Virus record (IMG/VR): IMGVR_UViG_3300027205_000002
Span: 1 to 51,846 of that record
DNA from: a virus
Lineage: Duplodnaviria > Caudoviricetes
Length of the DNA: 51,846 bases
Direction: 5' to 3' (one strand)
The notes under the pieces were generated by a model, which had not been told where the DNA came from, did not search any database, and saw only the letters and a list, made by a program, of their open reading frames with translations. This document shows positions 25,437-35,307 of this stretch, one piece after another (the stretch's first letter is position 1; each line of letters begins with the position of its first letter). Position numbers and translations under genes: made by a program.

Positions 25437-25765
25437 TGCTTCACTTCGTGAATGCTTGGTAAGAAATGCCAAGAGTTGTCAGTAATGAACATCGTTGCGT
25501 CACTAAAGGTCGCAAACCGATGGAGTGTAGAGGAGGGTTGGAGTTCTACACACCAACCAAGTCCGTCTGCGTCCTTCATATCTGTGTCGTAGTAGAGGAC
25601 GACACGGCGTACTGCGTTCTCTAGTTCTTTTTTAGTTAGTTGTAATAACACATAGGTGTCCTTATACATCTGACTATTTGTTCCGTGAAGGTCGGCTTCT
25701 ATTTCTAGATTTGCTTCGTGTTCGTCGTGGAGTCTCTGTAACTCGTACATATCGGTTTCATTCAT
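25433..25765 (-). CDS. hypothetical protein
   Basis: Operonic. Confidence 0.75.
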   Translation of the reverse strand: MNETDMYELQRLHDEHEANLEIEADLHGTNSQMYKDTYVLLQLTKKELENAVRRVVLYYDTDMKDADGLGWCVELQPSSTLHRFATFSDATMFITDNSWHFLPSIHEVKQ

Positions 25766-25768
25766 CGG

Positions 25769-26044
25769 TTACCACTTCTCCAATGAGATGACTTTGTAAT
25801 CTTGTAAGCCAGCCTCGTTATCCGCAATCTTGTCAAGCCCGTCATCGTCGTCGCACTCAACCCAGCCCTTGACCCAATGGCAGTTAGCGTCCTCGTTGAG
25901 ATACTCTGCCCTATCGTCGTCGGACATTCCTATCCAAGCAGAGGGCATAAGTGACTCGTCAATGACCGTGTAGTAGTTCCACTCAAAGGTCTTGATACCC
26001 GATGGGTAAGTCTGCTCGGCGCAAACCTTGTAGCCGATAGTCAT
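25769..26044 (-). CDS. hypothetical protein
   Basis: ATGA coupling. Confidence 0.75.
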   Translation of the reverse strand: MTIGYKVCAEQTYPSGIKTFEWNYYTVIDESLMPSAWIGMSDDDRAEYLNEDANCHWVKGWVECDDDDGLDKIADNEAGLQDYKVISLEKW

Positions 26045-26349
26045 TTGTCCCCCAAGTCAATAGCGAGAGGCTCAATCTGCTGAAAGTGAAAGAGGAGTTC
26101 GTCCCAATCGGCTTCAGACCAATCAGGGTGGTCACCCGTAGAGTCTGCGTACTTCAGTAGAGCGAGAGCGTCATTCGGAAACCAACCTAAGTTGAGAAGT
26201 GTGTTCACCATAAATGGCGAGTGTCCACGAAACATCTCAGGGAGACAGGAGTTGTCGTACTGAAACATCTGAACTTTCATTCTCATATCGTTGTTCCACG
26301 CACTTCCCCGTGAACGCTTCATTACTTTGTATTTGTTGTTGGTGGTCAT
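26041..26349 (-). CDS. hypothetical protein, leaderless
   Basis: TTGTTA-17-TAGGAT-7-ATG(26349). Confidence 0.75.
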   Translation of the reverse strand: MTTNNKYKVMKRSRGSAWNNDMRMKVQMFQYDNSCLPEMFRGHSPFMVNTLLNLGWFPNDALALLKYADSTGDHPDWSEADWDELLFHFQQIEPLAIDLGDK

Positions 26350-26412
26350 AATGAGTATCCTATCGTTCGTTTGTAGTAATAACAACCTGCGCCACAATAA
26401 AACTTGGCTTAT

Positions 26413-26664
26413 TCACAGTATGTCGCCCTTGCTAAAAGCGTCAATCTTCTTCGCCGTTCTGCCGTTGTTGATAGCAGTGTTTATACATTCCTGAAAGTCC
26501 TCGTCCACTTCCCACGCCCAGTGGTATAGGTCGCAGATAATGTCAATAAGAAGTTCCTCGTTATTGCGAGGGCTTGCTACGGGTGTTCCGTATCCGTCCA
26601 TCTCGTAGGAGAGTAGGCGGAAGTGTTCCATTACTTTTTCGGCTCTATCTAGTGGTGTGGTCAT
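26413..26664 (-). CDS. hypothetical protein, leaderless
   Basis: TTGACA-17-TATAAT-7-ATG(26664). Confidence 0.8.
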   Translation of the reverse strand: MTTPLDRAEKVMEHFRLLSYEMDGYGTPVASPRNNEELLIDIICDLYHWAWEVDEDFQECINTAINNGRTAKKIDAFSKGDIL

Positions 26665-26716
26665 AGTTAGTATTATACCCCCAATAAATGATATTGTCAA
26701 GTGTTTTACAAAAGAT

Positions 26717-26905
26717 TTATTCTTCGTAGGTGTCAAACCCGTCAAGGGCTTCGGGGTATTCAGAAGAAGGCGACTTGAGTTGAGCAATGCGGGCTTCTAG
26801 CCCCGCCATCACTAGTTCCTTCTCGTTGGTAACACATTCCATCCAGTCCTCGTATTGCGAGCCACTGACAGAGAATGCGATAGTAAATGCGTGGTTGTAG
26901 GTCAT
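26717..26905 (-). CDS. hypothetical protein
   Basis: TAATG coupling. Confidence 0.75.
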   Translation of the reverse strand: MTYNHAFTIAFSVSGSQYEDWMECVTNEKELVMAGLEARIAQLKSPSSEYPEALDGFDTYEE

Positions 26906-27423
26906 TAGCAAATCTCAAATCCGTCGCACTCAATAAGAAACTCTGCGAACTCACGCACATTCTCAATAGAGAACGGATAGTTCGTTGCGAAGTGTTGTAC
27001 CTTGCCGTGTCCACGACAGGAGTTACACCAACCGTGAGTGCGTCCTAGAATGATTGCGTCTGCTTCTTCTAGTTCTTTATCGGGCATACCGTTATCAACG
27101 CCGACAGTATCCGAACGGATACCCGTACCTTGACAGTAATCGCAGTCTGATGTTGGTAACGAGGCGAGGTGTTCACGGTATTCGGTTTCGTACTTGGCAG
27201 TTACACCCGTAGCGATGTCGTTGAGAAGTCGCTGACCGAGTGCGAGTGCGTTCTCTGCGTCAAGACCGTCGCCATCATTGGAGTATCCACTCTCAACAGT
27301 ATGAGTAATGTCGCCGTGAAGTTCCTCGCAGTAGTTCCATAGTGGTCGCCACCACCAAACATTGTTCCTGAAATACGAACCCTTTTCGCTTTCTTGGTTC
27401 TTGCCGTATACATCCATTCCCAT
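26905..27423 (-). CDS. conserved phage protein (MGMDVYG...FRNNVWWWRPLW) with DnaJ-type Zn finger
   Basis: CDYCQGTG, CNSCRGHG; promoter and RBS. Confidence 0.85.
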   Translation of the reverse strand: MGMDVYGKNQESEKGSYFRNNVWWWRPLWNYCEELHGDITHTVESGYSNDGDGLDAENALALGQRLLNDIATGVTAKYETEYREHLASLPTSDCDYCQGTGIRSDTVGVDNGMPDKELEEADAIILGRTHGWCNSCRGHGKVQHFATNYPFSIENVREFAEFLIECDGFEIC

Positions 27424-27558
27424 TGGAGTTCCCTTTCGTCGTGGTTGATAACACTCTATCGTCTTATCGCTACTATGTCAAGTCTTTTCTTCAGATTTAT
27501 TTATAAATATTTTGAGAAATAGATTGACACTACACTCATAAGCAGATATACTGAGCGT

Positions 27559-27972
27559 ATGACCACCATAGATATCTCCATCGAACTCAGGCAAGAAATG
27601 CTCTCTTGGGCGCAACAGCAACTTGACGCTATGTCTCAAACCGAATACGGCAATGACTGGTGGGGTGCGTACAACGACAAGTGGGATATAAACATTTGGG
27701 ACTCACAAGAACTGGGTAATACTTCGTATGACCAACCCACCCGTGTAACTGCCTACAGCCTAACCATAGATGGTCGCACTGACTACAGTTCGTTTGTTGG
27801 TATTGGTTTCATTAGTGAACCTGCCGAATGGTACTTAGACCATTCTTGTAATGAGTGTGGCGAACCGATGAGTGGCAAAGGTGACGGCACTCGTCCGACT
27901 CGCTACGCCCACGGGTACGCCCACGGGCAATGCGCTCTTGACTTTGAGAACTTTCTCAACAAATCCAAATAA
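27559..27972 (+). CDS. hypothetical protein, leaderless
   Basis: TTGACA-17-TATACT-6-ATG. Confidence 0.85.
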   Translation: MTTIDISIELRQEMLSWAQQQLDAMSQTEYGNDWWGAYNDKWDINIWDSQELGNTSYDQPTRVTAYSLTIDGRTDYSSFVGIGFISEPAEWYLDHSCNECGEPMSGKGDGTRPTRYAHGYAHGQCALDFENFLNKSK

Positions 27973-28013
27973 AACACTTGACACGACAAGCATAAGGAGA
28001 TAGACTTACCGCT

Positions 28014-28358
28014 ATGACTACCACCATCACTCAAAAAACCAAAGACGCTATTGCCGACGGGAAGATCATCGGTGATGGACACACCATCTTTGATCCCTCG
28101 TACTACGCTCCCCACTTCTCTGAGGACGAACTGCGTAAAGCGAAACTCATCCAAACCTATAAGTCGGATACATCGGATCACAAGTCCACCATCTTTGACG
28201 ACAATGGCAAGCCGATGACGAAACTAAAGGGCGTGTACAACTTAGAGTTCTTGTATTGGCTCTGCGGTGCGCTCGGTATCAACTCGCACAACGACTACAA
28301 CGGGCGTGGCTCACAGGCAGACGAACTTGCTCGCCGTATCCGCAAGGAACTGGCGTGA
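28014..28358 (+). CDS. hypothetical protein, leaderless
   Basis: TTGACA-17-TAGACT-7-ATG. Confidence 0.85.
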   Translation: MTTTITQKTKDAIADGKIIGDGHTIFDPSYYAPHFSEDELRKAKLIQTYKSDTSDHKSTIFDDNGKPMTKLKGVYNLEFLYWLCGALGINSHNDYNGRGSQADELARRIRKELA

Positions 28359-28654
28359 ACGAGATTTCAGAACCCACGATAGTGGAGTTGGCTCACAGGG
28401 ACAGCCTAGAGAAAGCACCATTCACTATTACTCATCACGACGAAGCCTCGTCTTGGTGTGACTCGTCACTTCTAAAGGCATTAGCCAAGTCATTCAGTAC
28501 CGTCTTGGTTACGACACTTGATGGCTACATCTATGAAGGCGAGGTGCTTGCCGTTGAGAACGGAATACTCGTACTCTCCAATAGCAATCTTGGCAATGCG
28601 TGGGCAGAAATGGAACTCACGCTAGCGAGTATCACCAACATTCATTACTGCTAA
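28355..28654 (+). CDS. possible Sm/LSm-like fold protein
   Basis: GTGA coupling; VLVTTLDGYIYEGEVLAVENGILVL resembles Sm1. Confidence 0.6.
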   Translation: MNEISEPTIVELAHRDSLEKAPFTITHHDEASSWCDSSLLKALAKSFSTVLVTTLDGYIYEGEVLAVENGILVLSNSNLGNAWAEMELTLASITNIHYC

Positions 28655-28709
28655 AGAAATCTCACCCGTAAGGTTGTGATTATAAACATAAGGGGATAAA
28701 CTGACCGCT

Positions 28710-28889
28710 ATGACCACCTACCACATTGAGTACATCGTTCACCTTGAGATAGAGGCTGAGAGCGAGGACGAGGCACTAAAACTCGGCTCGCAGGAACTTC
28801 ACGCCCTTGATGGTGACGGACTCGCTAACTGTTGCGAGTTCTTAGATATAGAAATCGTAAACAACGACGACTTAGGAGAAACCGAATGA
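28710..28889 (+). CDS. 59-aa protein (IEAESEDEA motif), leaderless
   Basis: TTGTGA-17-TAAACT-7-ATG. Confidence 0.75.
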   Translation: MTTYHIEYIVHLEIEAESEDEALKLGSQELHALDGDGLANCCEFLDIEIVNNDDLGETE

Positions 28890-29083
28890 AGTATTACCGT
28901 GTAGGCATTTTTGCGTCCGTGAATGTGGAAGCAGAGAACGAGGACGACGCAATACACCAAGCCCGTCACATTGTTATTGACGGCGCAATCAAGACGCACG
29001 AATACGAGTTTGAGGCTCAGGACAGAGAACTTGACCCCGACTTGGACTTCTTAGCAATGATGGCAGAGGAGAAAGCGAAATGA
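28886..29083 (+). CDS. small protein (VEAENEDDA motif), paralog-like of previous
   Basis: AGGAG RBS, ATGA coupling. Confidence 0.75.
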   Translation: MKYYRVGIFASVNVEAENEDDAIHQARHIVIDGAIKTHEYEFEAQDRELDPDLDFLAMMAEEKAK

Positions 29084-29529
29084 CGAAACTCGTTATTCAT
29101 ATTGGTACAGGAACTATCATTGACGCTGACGAATGCGTTATCGTTGATGTAGAGAAACTGGACGATCACGACACTGCTCTCGTAAACGACGGTGACGACT
29201 CTGATGTCGTTGAGATCGCTGAACGACTCGGTAAGCCACTCAACCTGACGGACTTATCGTTCCGTAACACGGTGGCGTTCTCTCCATCATCTCTCCGTAG
29301 CGAAGCAGAGGAAGCGATCTCTCAAGGTTTTGCTACCGACGACGACGATATTGCCTATCTCACTTGGACTGCCGAAGTAGCCACTGACGACGAACTAAGC
29401 GGTGTTGCTGACTACATTCTCAATGACGACACAATGTGGAACGAATACAACACGACGGTAATGGACGGTATGCGACAAGGTTACAGATGGTCTAAGGAAA
29501 ATAAAAAACTTGACAGCGACGAGTCTTAG
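29080..29529 (+). CDS. acidic hypothetical protein
   Basis: ATGA coupling. Confidence 0.8.
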   Translation: MTKLVIHIGTGTIIDADECVIVDVEKLDDHDTALVNDGDDSDVVEIAERLGKPLNLTDLSFRNTVAFSPSSLRSEAEEAISQGFATDDDDIAYLTWTAEVATDDELSGVADYILNDDTMWNEYNTTVMDGMRQGYRWSKENKKLDSDES

Positions 29530-29545
29530 GACTATAATGACAAGT

Positions 29546-29887
29546 ATGACCACCAACATCTTTGACCCTTGTATTTACTGCGGTGACTTCACTGCGTTTG
29601 GCTCTGTCCGTGAGGACGGAACACTCATCGGCAAGTTCGTGAACCGTATTCCTGCTGACACTACGGATGAGGAAACAGGCGAATACAAGGACGGGTATGC
29701 GTGTGCTGAGTGCGCTGGGTTTGAGTGCGACGAATGCGATACGGCTATCTATCTTGACTGCGAAACCCGTGTGGAGTTTCAGGACGAGAGTGGCAAGTAC
29801 CACTACGGCAACTATCACACCGAGTGCTACAACGAAACGAAACACGGTAAAGCCGAATACGGCGAGAACATTGAGGAGACAGTATGA
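29546..29887 (+). CDS. Cys-rich hypothetical protein (GKFVNRIPA), leaderless
   Basis: TTGACA-17-TATAAT-7-ATG(29546). Confidence 0.85.
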   Translation: MTTNIFDPCIYCGDFTAFGSVREDGTLIGKFVNRIPADTTDEETGEYKDGYACAECAGFECDECDTAIYLDCETRVEFQDESGKYHYGNYHTECYNETKHGKAEYGENIEETV

Positions 29888-30237
29888 CCACCATTACGAA
29901 ACGAGAGATTGACCTCTCTATACGGAACGCCGATAACTCTTGGTATTGGCAACAAATCCGTGACTACAGCAATAGAGAAACCCATCGGTTGCGAGCGAAC
30001 ATTCGTCGTAACGCCTACGACCATCAGTCGTACGCCAACATTGAGAGATGGTCTAACGAACGAGGCTGGGTCATCATTTCGTGCCACCCCATCACGGACT
30101 ACCCGTGTGCCAAAGTTTGGTCTGGCAGAGAACAACTTACCGACAACGACCACGAGTGGTTCATTCAGAGTGCTGAGTGCTTATTTGCGATAGGAGTGAA
30201 GTTCATTGAGAGCGATTACAGTTACACAGACATATGA
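29884..30237 (+). CDS. hypothetical protein
   Basis: GAGGAG RBS. Confidence 0.8.
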   Translation: MTTITKREIDLSIRNADNSWYWQQIRDYSNRETHRLRANIRRNAYDHQSYANIERWSNERGWVIISCHPITDYPCAKVWSGREQLTDNDHEWFIQSAECLFAIGVKFIESDYSYTDI

Positions 30238-30490
30238 ACTAATCGTTACGGCTGAAGTCCAAGTGCCTGACGATAGTACCTATGAAGATATGGTCAATGC
30301 GTTTACCGACTTCCCTATTCGTGTTGATGTAAACCCCGTTTGGGACGATACCGAGAATGGTATGACTATCGGTGGACTCTGCGTGGACGGCGTTGTTTCT
30401 TTGACGGGCGACGACACGCTCGTTTTTTATGAAATGAAAGACGACGAATGGACTCGCATAGAAGAAAGCGAGGAAAGTGACGATGAGTGA
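30206..30490 (+). CDS. acidic hypothetical protein
   Basis: Operonic. Confidence 0.7.
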   Translation: MRAITVTQTYELIVTAEVQVPDDSTYEDMVNAFTDFPIRVDVNPVWDDTENGMTIGGLCVDGVVSLTGDDTLVFYEMKDDEWTRIEESEESDDE

Positions 30491-30719
30491 CTTCCACGAC
30501 TTCACTGGCATTACCCGTATGGACTTTGACTGTGCGACAGACTCTCGCAAGGAAGTCATAGTTCAGTTATCTACAGTCAAGCACGACCCACAACAGAGTG
30601 TATGTATTGTTGTTTTCACTGAAGAGGGAGTCATCTTTGACTTTTATACTGATGGAGAACTCGTCCGTACGAACGGGCGCACCTATCAAGAATGGTTTGA
30701 TGCGTCGCTACAAGCGTAG
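30477..30719 (+). CDS. hypothetical protein (TEEGVIFDFY)
   Basis: GAGGA RBS. Confidence 0.75.
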   Translation: MTMSDFHDFTGITRMDFDCATDSRKEVIVQLSTVKHDPQQSVCIVVFTEEGVIFDFYTDGELVRTNGRTYQEWFDASLQA

Positions 30720-30761
30720 GGACACCCATAGCCTGAATATCACTACAACAAGAAAGGGATT

Positions 30762-31061
30762 ATGAACGATCCAATAAAGAAAGAGAACGGCTCTATTGAC
30801 ACCGACGCTTATAAGGGTATGTCGGGGCTAGTAGATGTGAATGGAATGAAGGTGTCCGTCACTGTCACTGATACCCGTGTGTGTTACGGGAGATTTGATT
30901 TGTGCGTAGTACCGAAGGAAGGTAACGGTCAGCGTTGGATTGACTACAAGAATGTAGAACTCTCCGATATGCCGAAGCCAACTGCCGAACCTGAACTCTC
31001 TACGATACGAGAAATGATTTTGTCTCTTACTGAGAAAGCAAAAGCGAAGCAAGAGGCATAA
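30762..31061 (+). CDS. hypothetical protein
   Basis: GAAAGGGA RBS. Confidence 0.8.
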   Translation: MNDPIKKENGSIDTDAYKGMSGLVDVNGMKVSVTVTDTRVCYGRFDLCVVPKEGNGQRWIDYKNVELSDMPKPTAEPELSTIREMILSLTEKAKAKQEA

Positions 31062-31064
31062 AGG

Positions 31065-31112
31065 TTTGTGGGGTTCTCCGTACTCCTATTTATTGCGGAG
31101 AACTTCCACAAA
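31065..31112 (+). terminator. long hairpin after operon
   Basis: TTTGTGGGGTTCTCCG...CGGAGAACTTCCACAAA. Confidence 0.55.
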
Positions 31113-31180
31113 ACACTTGACATTGGTTTGATTTACCGATATACTTATCTCTATAACCACCACTACCGAAGGGGATTACT

Positions 31181-31918
31181 ATGCCGAACTGGTGCTACAA
31201 CAGAATGAATGTTACGGGAGACCGTGAGTCGCTAGTCAAACTCACTGAAGCGATTACCCGTCAGTACGACCCGTCGCTCGCTGAGACAACAATGGGTGTT
31301 GAGCAGGTGAACTACGACCTATCTGTCTTATTTCCTATTCCTGATGAACTCCGAATAACGGCTATGTTCTTTAGTACCGAGACTGACGACCCTGAATATC
31401 AAGAACTTCTCAAGAAGTACGAAGCGAACAAGGAGAAGTACGGTTACACCACTTGGTATGACTGGGCTATTGAGAACTGGGGTACGAAGTGGTCGCCTCG
31501 TATTGAGGAGTGGGAAATCATTGACCACTCTGACGGGAGTGGCGGTATCTATGCGTACTACGAGACTGCGTGGTCACCTGCTGACGGACTTATCCGTGAA
31601 GTGAGCAAGCAGTTCCCGACACTCTTGTTCGTAGTTTCTTCTGACGAGGAAGGTCGCTCGTTCTCTTGTGTTGGGGCGTTCAGTAATGGCGAGATGGTTG
31701 CTGAGGCTGGTTGCGAACTGTCTGCTAACAAAGTGCCTGAGCAGTTCCGTGAGGCTTATGCGAGGATAGATGAGGAAATAGAGTCTGGTACAAGTGACGG
31801 GAACTACGACGCTTGGGACGAGATGAGCGAACTTGACAGTGACATTCTCGGCTGGTTAGAAACTGAAGTAGATAACCAACTGCGTGACAAGGGATTACTG
31901 CCGAAGTTGAGCGTATGA
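31181..31918 (+). CDS. YubB/DUF1281-like ferredoxin-fold protein
   Basis: MPNWC.N...WYDW..ENWGTKW...TAWSP signature. Confidence 0.85.
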   Translation: MPNWCYNRMNVTGDRESLVKLTEAITRQYDPSLAETTMGVEQVNYDLSVLFPIPDELRITAMFFSTETDDPEYQELLKKYEANKEKYGYTTWYDWAIENWGTKWSPRIEEWEIIDHSDGSGGIYAYYETAWSPADGLIREVSKQFPTLLFVVSSDEEGRSFSCVGAFSNGEMVAEAGCELSANKVPEQFREAYARIDEEIESGTSDGNYDAWDEMSELDSDILGWLETEVDNQLRDKGLLPKLSV

Positions 31919-31941
31919 CCCGTAGGTCACCCGTGTAGTTT

Positions 31942-32205
31942 TCAGACTTCTTCTGAGTGTTCGCAGTTTTCGTCGTGAGTGTGTTCTTCGGTGGCGACTT
32001 CGGTGTCGTTCTTCTTGGACTTGCGCTTGGGCTTATCCTCGGCGGCAACTTCTTCCGTAGCGACTTCTTCCGTGACGACTTCTGCGACAGGGGCGACTTC
32101 TTCTACGACGACTTCAGCAACAACCTCGGCAACGGGGCTGACTGTGACACGAGTGGCGAGAGCCTCGCGATGAGCAATAAGTTCTTCTTTTGATAGTTTG
32201 CGCAT
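31942..32205 (-). CDS. E/V/A-rich low-complexity protein
   Basis: CAGGAG RBS; EEVA repeats, KPKRKSKK. Confidence 0.7.
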   Translation of the reverse strand: MRKLSKEELIAHREALATRVTVSPVAEVVAEVVVEEVAPVAEVVTEEVATEEVAAEDKPKRKSKKNDTEVATEEHTHDENCEHSEEV

Positions 32206-32305
32206 TGGGTTTCTCCTGATAGGGGTACAGAACAGTGTATCAAATACTAGGGTTATTATAAAATAAGACTTGACAGAAAGAAAGTTACCTTGTATGCTTG
32301 ACAGT

Positions 32306-32767
32306 ATGACACCACAAGAAGCCGATACAGAATACAAGAACACTCTCCGTAGCCTCGCTGAGGAACACGGCGGTTACAGTTTTATCCCTAGTGAGTCGTG
32401 GCGTGAAGCGTCAGAGATCACTCGTGCGTGGGCAGTCGTTGCTAAGTACGAGGGTACGGTTAGCGTGGAGTTACTCGGTCGCTATATGGTTCCGCTATCC
32501 ATTATTACCCGTATTATGCCCTCGGTGACACTGGATAACACCCGTAAGGTCGCTCGTGCTGACCAATACAAAGCATTTGAGCAGTGGGCGAGAGATCACG
32601 ACAGAGAACAGTTCACGACAGATCAGATCGTAGAAGCGTCAGGGTTTGGATATCAGACAACGCTGAAGTTCATTGACGGACACCCGTCTTTTTATAAGAT
32701 CAAGAAAGGCCTATACGAGTGCCGTGATTGTCACGCTGATCGTGAGCAGGCTAAGAAATCTAAATAA
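32306..32767 (+). CDS. hypothetical protein with possible winged HTH, leaderless
   Basis: TTGACA-17-TATGCT-7-ATG(32306). Confidence 0.8.
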   Translation: MTPQEADTEYKNTLRSLAEEHGGYSFIPSESWREASEITRAWAVVAKYEGTVSVELLGRYMVPLSIITRIMPSVTLDNTRKVARADQYKAFEQWARDHDREQFTTDQIVEASGFGYQTTLKFIDGHPSFYKIKKGLYECRDCHADREQAKKSK

Positions 32768-32853
32768 ATCTTTCGGAAACACTTGACAGGCGATCTAATC
32801 ACTGGTAGAGTTATACCCGTAAGCAAAACCACCACTACACAGAAAGAAACAAA

Positions 32854-33570
32854 ATGACCACCACCACACTCCCTGCCTGCTGGCAGAAGTTCCACAACGC
32901 CCTACACGCTGGTATTGACCGCATTATCTTATTCGGACCCGCTGGTACGGGTAAGACTTTCGCTGGTTTATCTTTCGGTGATACGGCAGGCGGTTCTTTC
33001 CGTCTTGCGTGTACCGAAGATATGACCAACGCTGATGTATCGGGTTCTTTTATGCCTGACACTAAGGGCGGTTTCTCTTGGGTTAGCGGTTCTGCGCTGA
33101 AGGCGTGGAACGGCGACAACACTAAGGGCGGTCGTCTTGTCGTAGACGAGATTGACAAGGCTGGCGGAGATGTATTCGCTACCCTACTGAACTTCCTTGA
33201 CTCTCCTGAGTCTGCTAGTTGGGAACACCCTGAGACGGGTCGTATCTACACTCCCCGTAGCGGTTTCTCTGCCGTAATGACAACAAACATTGAGAATATG
33301 GCAGAACTACCCGTAGCACTTGCTGACCGTTTCCCCGTTCGTATTCGTATCAGTGAGCCACACCCACAGGCACTTCTGAAACTGTCTGACGACTTGCGTG
33401 GTATGGCAGTGCGTATGTCTGACGCTGGTAAGCAACGGATTAGTTTGCGAGCGTTCTATGCGTTTGACAAACTGCGCTCCACTCTCTCCATAGAAGAAAG
33501 TGCCGAGATCGTATTCGGTGAGCGAGCAACTTCTATTCTAGAAGCGATCAAAGTAGACGCTCTGAAATGA
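32854..33570 (+). CDS. MoxR/CbbQ/CobS-like AAA+ ATPase
   Basis: Walker A GPAGTGKT, Walker B LVVDEID, LPVALADRF Arg finger. Confidence 0.9.
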   Translation: MTTTTLPACWQKFHNALHAGIDRIILFGPAGTGKTFAGLSFGDTAGGSFRLACTEDMTNADVSGSFMPDTKGGFSWVSGSALKAWNGDNTKGGRLVVDEIDKAGGDVFATLLNFLDSPESASWEHPETGRIYTPRSGFSAVMTTNIENMAELPVALADRFPVRIRISEPHPQALLKLSDDLRGMAVRMSDAGKQRISLRAFYAFDKLRSTLSIEESAEIVFGERATSILEAIKVDALK

Positions 33571-35066
33571 GTAAGACACTTCACCGCCCCCTGCCTGAAA
33601 TAATCACTAGGCACGATATCTCCGTAGGCGAGTGGTCAGTATCGGACTGCGCTCCTACTCGTGGCTTACCCCATACTGTCATTAGTCAGAAGCGTCTTGT
33701 CGCCCCACAGGGCAGTGACCCACTATCACAGGCGATACGAGCGCACGAGATGGTTCATATCAAAGTGTCACCACAAGACTACGCACCGTGGGTAAAGCGT
33801 GGACACGCTACCTACGAGTCACTGATCGCCTGCGAGGAAGCACGAGTGAACTATCTCGCTACGAAAGCAGGGTTTGATATGAAAGCCCTCGCTGACGGTT
33901 CTGAGAAAGAAGCGGGCGAGCGTTATGTCGCTAACGAGGACTGGGAAGGAGCAGTGCGTACTGCTATCGCAACTGTCGGTAGTAATGCCCATAGGCAGTT
34001 CATTACGGGCGTACGCCGACATAACAAAGTGTGGGCTGATGTTCTTGCCGATATTGGTAAGCGAGCCACCCGTGAACTAAAAAAGCACGATAGACGAAGT
34101 GGTAAGCGAAGTCTCGCTAGTACGACTGACGACGATAACGACTTCACTCCTTACGGTTTTATCTATACCGAAATGCTAGCGAACTGGGTTGATCGCCTAT
34201 GCGGTAATAATCCCGACGACAAAAGTAACGACGGTGACGACGACGGTGATAGCGACGGTGACGGTGATGGTGGTGAAAGCAAAGACACCAACAAGGGTAA
34301 AGACTCCGACAACACCCGTGACACTACCCGTGACGATAAAAAGAAAGTGCTTGACGAGTATAAGCGTATGGAAATCGCTGACACTCCTATCCCTGCTTGG
34401 TGTGATCTTGTCATAGAGACTTGCCCTATGCCCGTAGTTCTGAACGGTTCTATGGGTAGAAAGCGTGTTGCGAGTAATACGGGCAGAAGTCCACGCCGAC
34501 TTCACCGCTACTTGACTGACCCCCAACGGCGAGTGTTTGACCACACTATTCGTGGCAAGGGCGGTATCGTACTTATTGACTGCTCGGGTTCTACTCAGAT
34601 CACCAAAGACGAAGTGCGAGAGATACTAGTCAATAGCCCTAGTGCTACTGTTGTTGTCTATACGGTGCTTAGTTTCACCCGTGACGATAACGGCGAACTA
34701 CCTACTAATGCTTGGGTTCTCGCTAAGAACGGTCGTATGGTTGAGGATATTCCGTTTGAGAGTGGTGCTGCTAATGCGGTTGATCTCCCTGCCGTTCGTT
34801 GGGCGGTTGATAATCGCAAGCGTCGTGAGCCGATTATTTGGGTTACTGATGGTGGCGTGTCAGGCGTGTCAAGCGAGGGTAGGGGAGAGTCTTTTCATAA
34901 GTCGCTGAACCTAGAGTGTCTAGAGTTTGTCAAGCGACACGGGATTATCCTTGCGAGTGATGTCACCAACGCTATTGAGAAACTCACCAAACTACGGACA
35001 GGCACAAGACCACACTCAGACTACGGTCAAGGGTTCTCTCCCTATGTCTCACAAGTATTCGGATAA
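33567..35066 (+). CDS. vWA-domain protein with N-terminal HExxH motif (CobT-like partner)
   Basis: HEMVH...EEAR, acidic D/G linker, MIDAS DCSGS and VTDG. Confidence 0.85.
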   Translation: MSKTLHRPLPEIITRHDISVGEWSVSDCAPTRGLPHTVISQKRLVAPQGSDPLSQAIRAHEMVHIKVSPQDYAPWVKRGHATYESLIACEEARVNYLATKAGFDMKALADGSEKEAGERYVANEDWEGAVRTAIATVGSNAHRQFITGVRRHNKVWADVLADIGKRATRELKKHDRRSGKRSLASTTDDDNDFTPYGFIYTEMLANWVDRLCGNNPDDKSNDGDDDGDSDGDGDGGESKDTNKGKDSDNTRDTTRDDKKKVLDEYKRMEIADTPIPAWCDLVIETCPMPVVLNGSMGRKRVASNTGRSPRRLHRYLTDPQRRVFDHTIRGKGGIVLIDCSGSTQITKDEVREILVNSPSATVVVYTVLSFTRDDNGELPTNAWVLAKNGRMVEDIPFESGAANAVDLPAVRWAVDNRKRREPIIWVTDGGVSGVSSEGRGESFHKSLNLECLEFVKRHGIILASDVTNAIEKLTKLRTGTRPHSDYGQGFSPYVSQVFG

Positions 35067-35307
35067 CCGTTCGGGTACGAGCGTAGGCGTTATGCTACGC
35101 TATGTGAGAAGTGTAGTTGAGTCACTATGGTCGTGGTGGTCAGTAGGTGACTCCTACACTTTACTAAGTAGCACTGCCTTACTCTCACGAGTAGGTGGTG
35201 CTATTTGGTATACGGGGACAGGTATGAGAGAGACACGAGGTACTGAACTACTGTCACGCTCTCACCTACTGTCATACTCCGACACACACACTCCCTTACT
35301 CCCTAGA

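Noticed and set aside
1005-32306. Longer TTG-initiated N-termini in the ORF track (e.g. 1511, 4903, 8978, 10067, 15316, 16057, 21724, 24439, 29510, 32270)
   Set aside because: The TTG is the -35 hexamer; the real ATG lies 6-7 nt after the -10.
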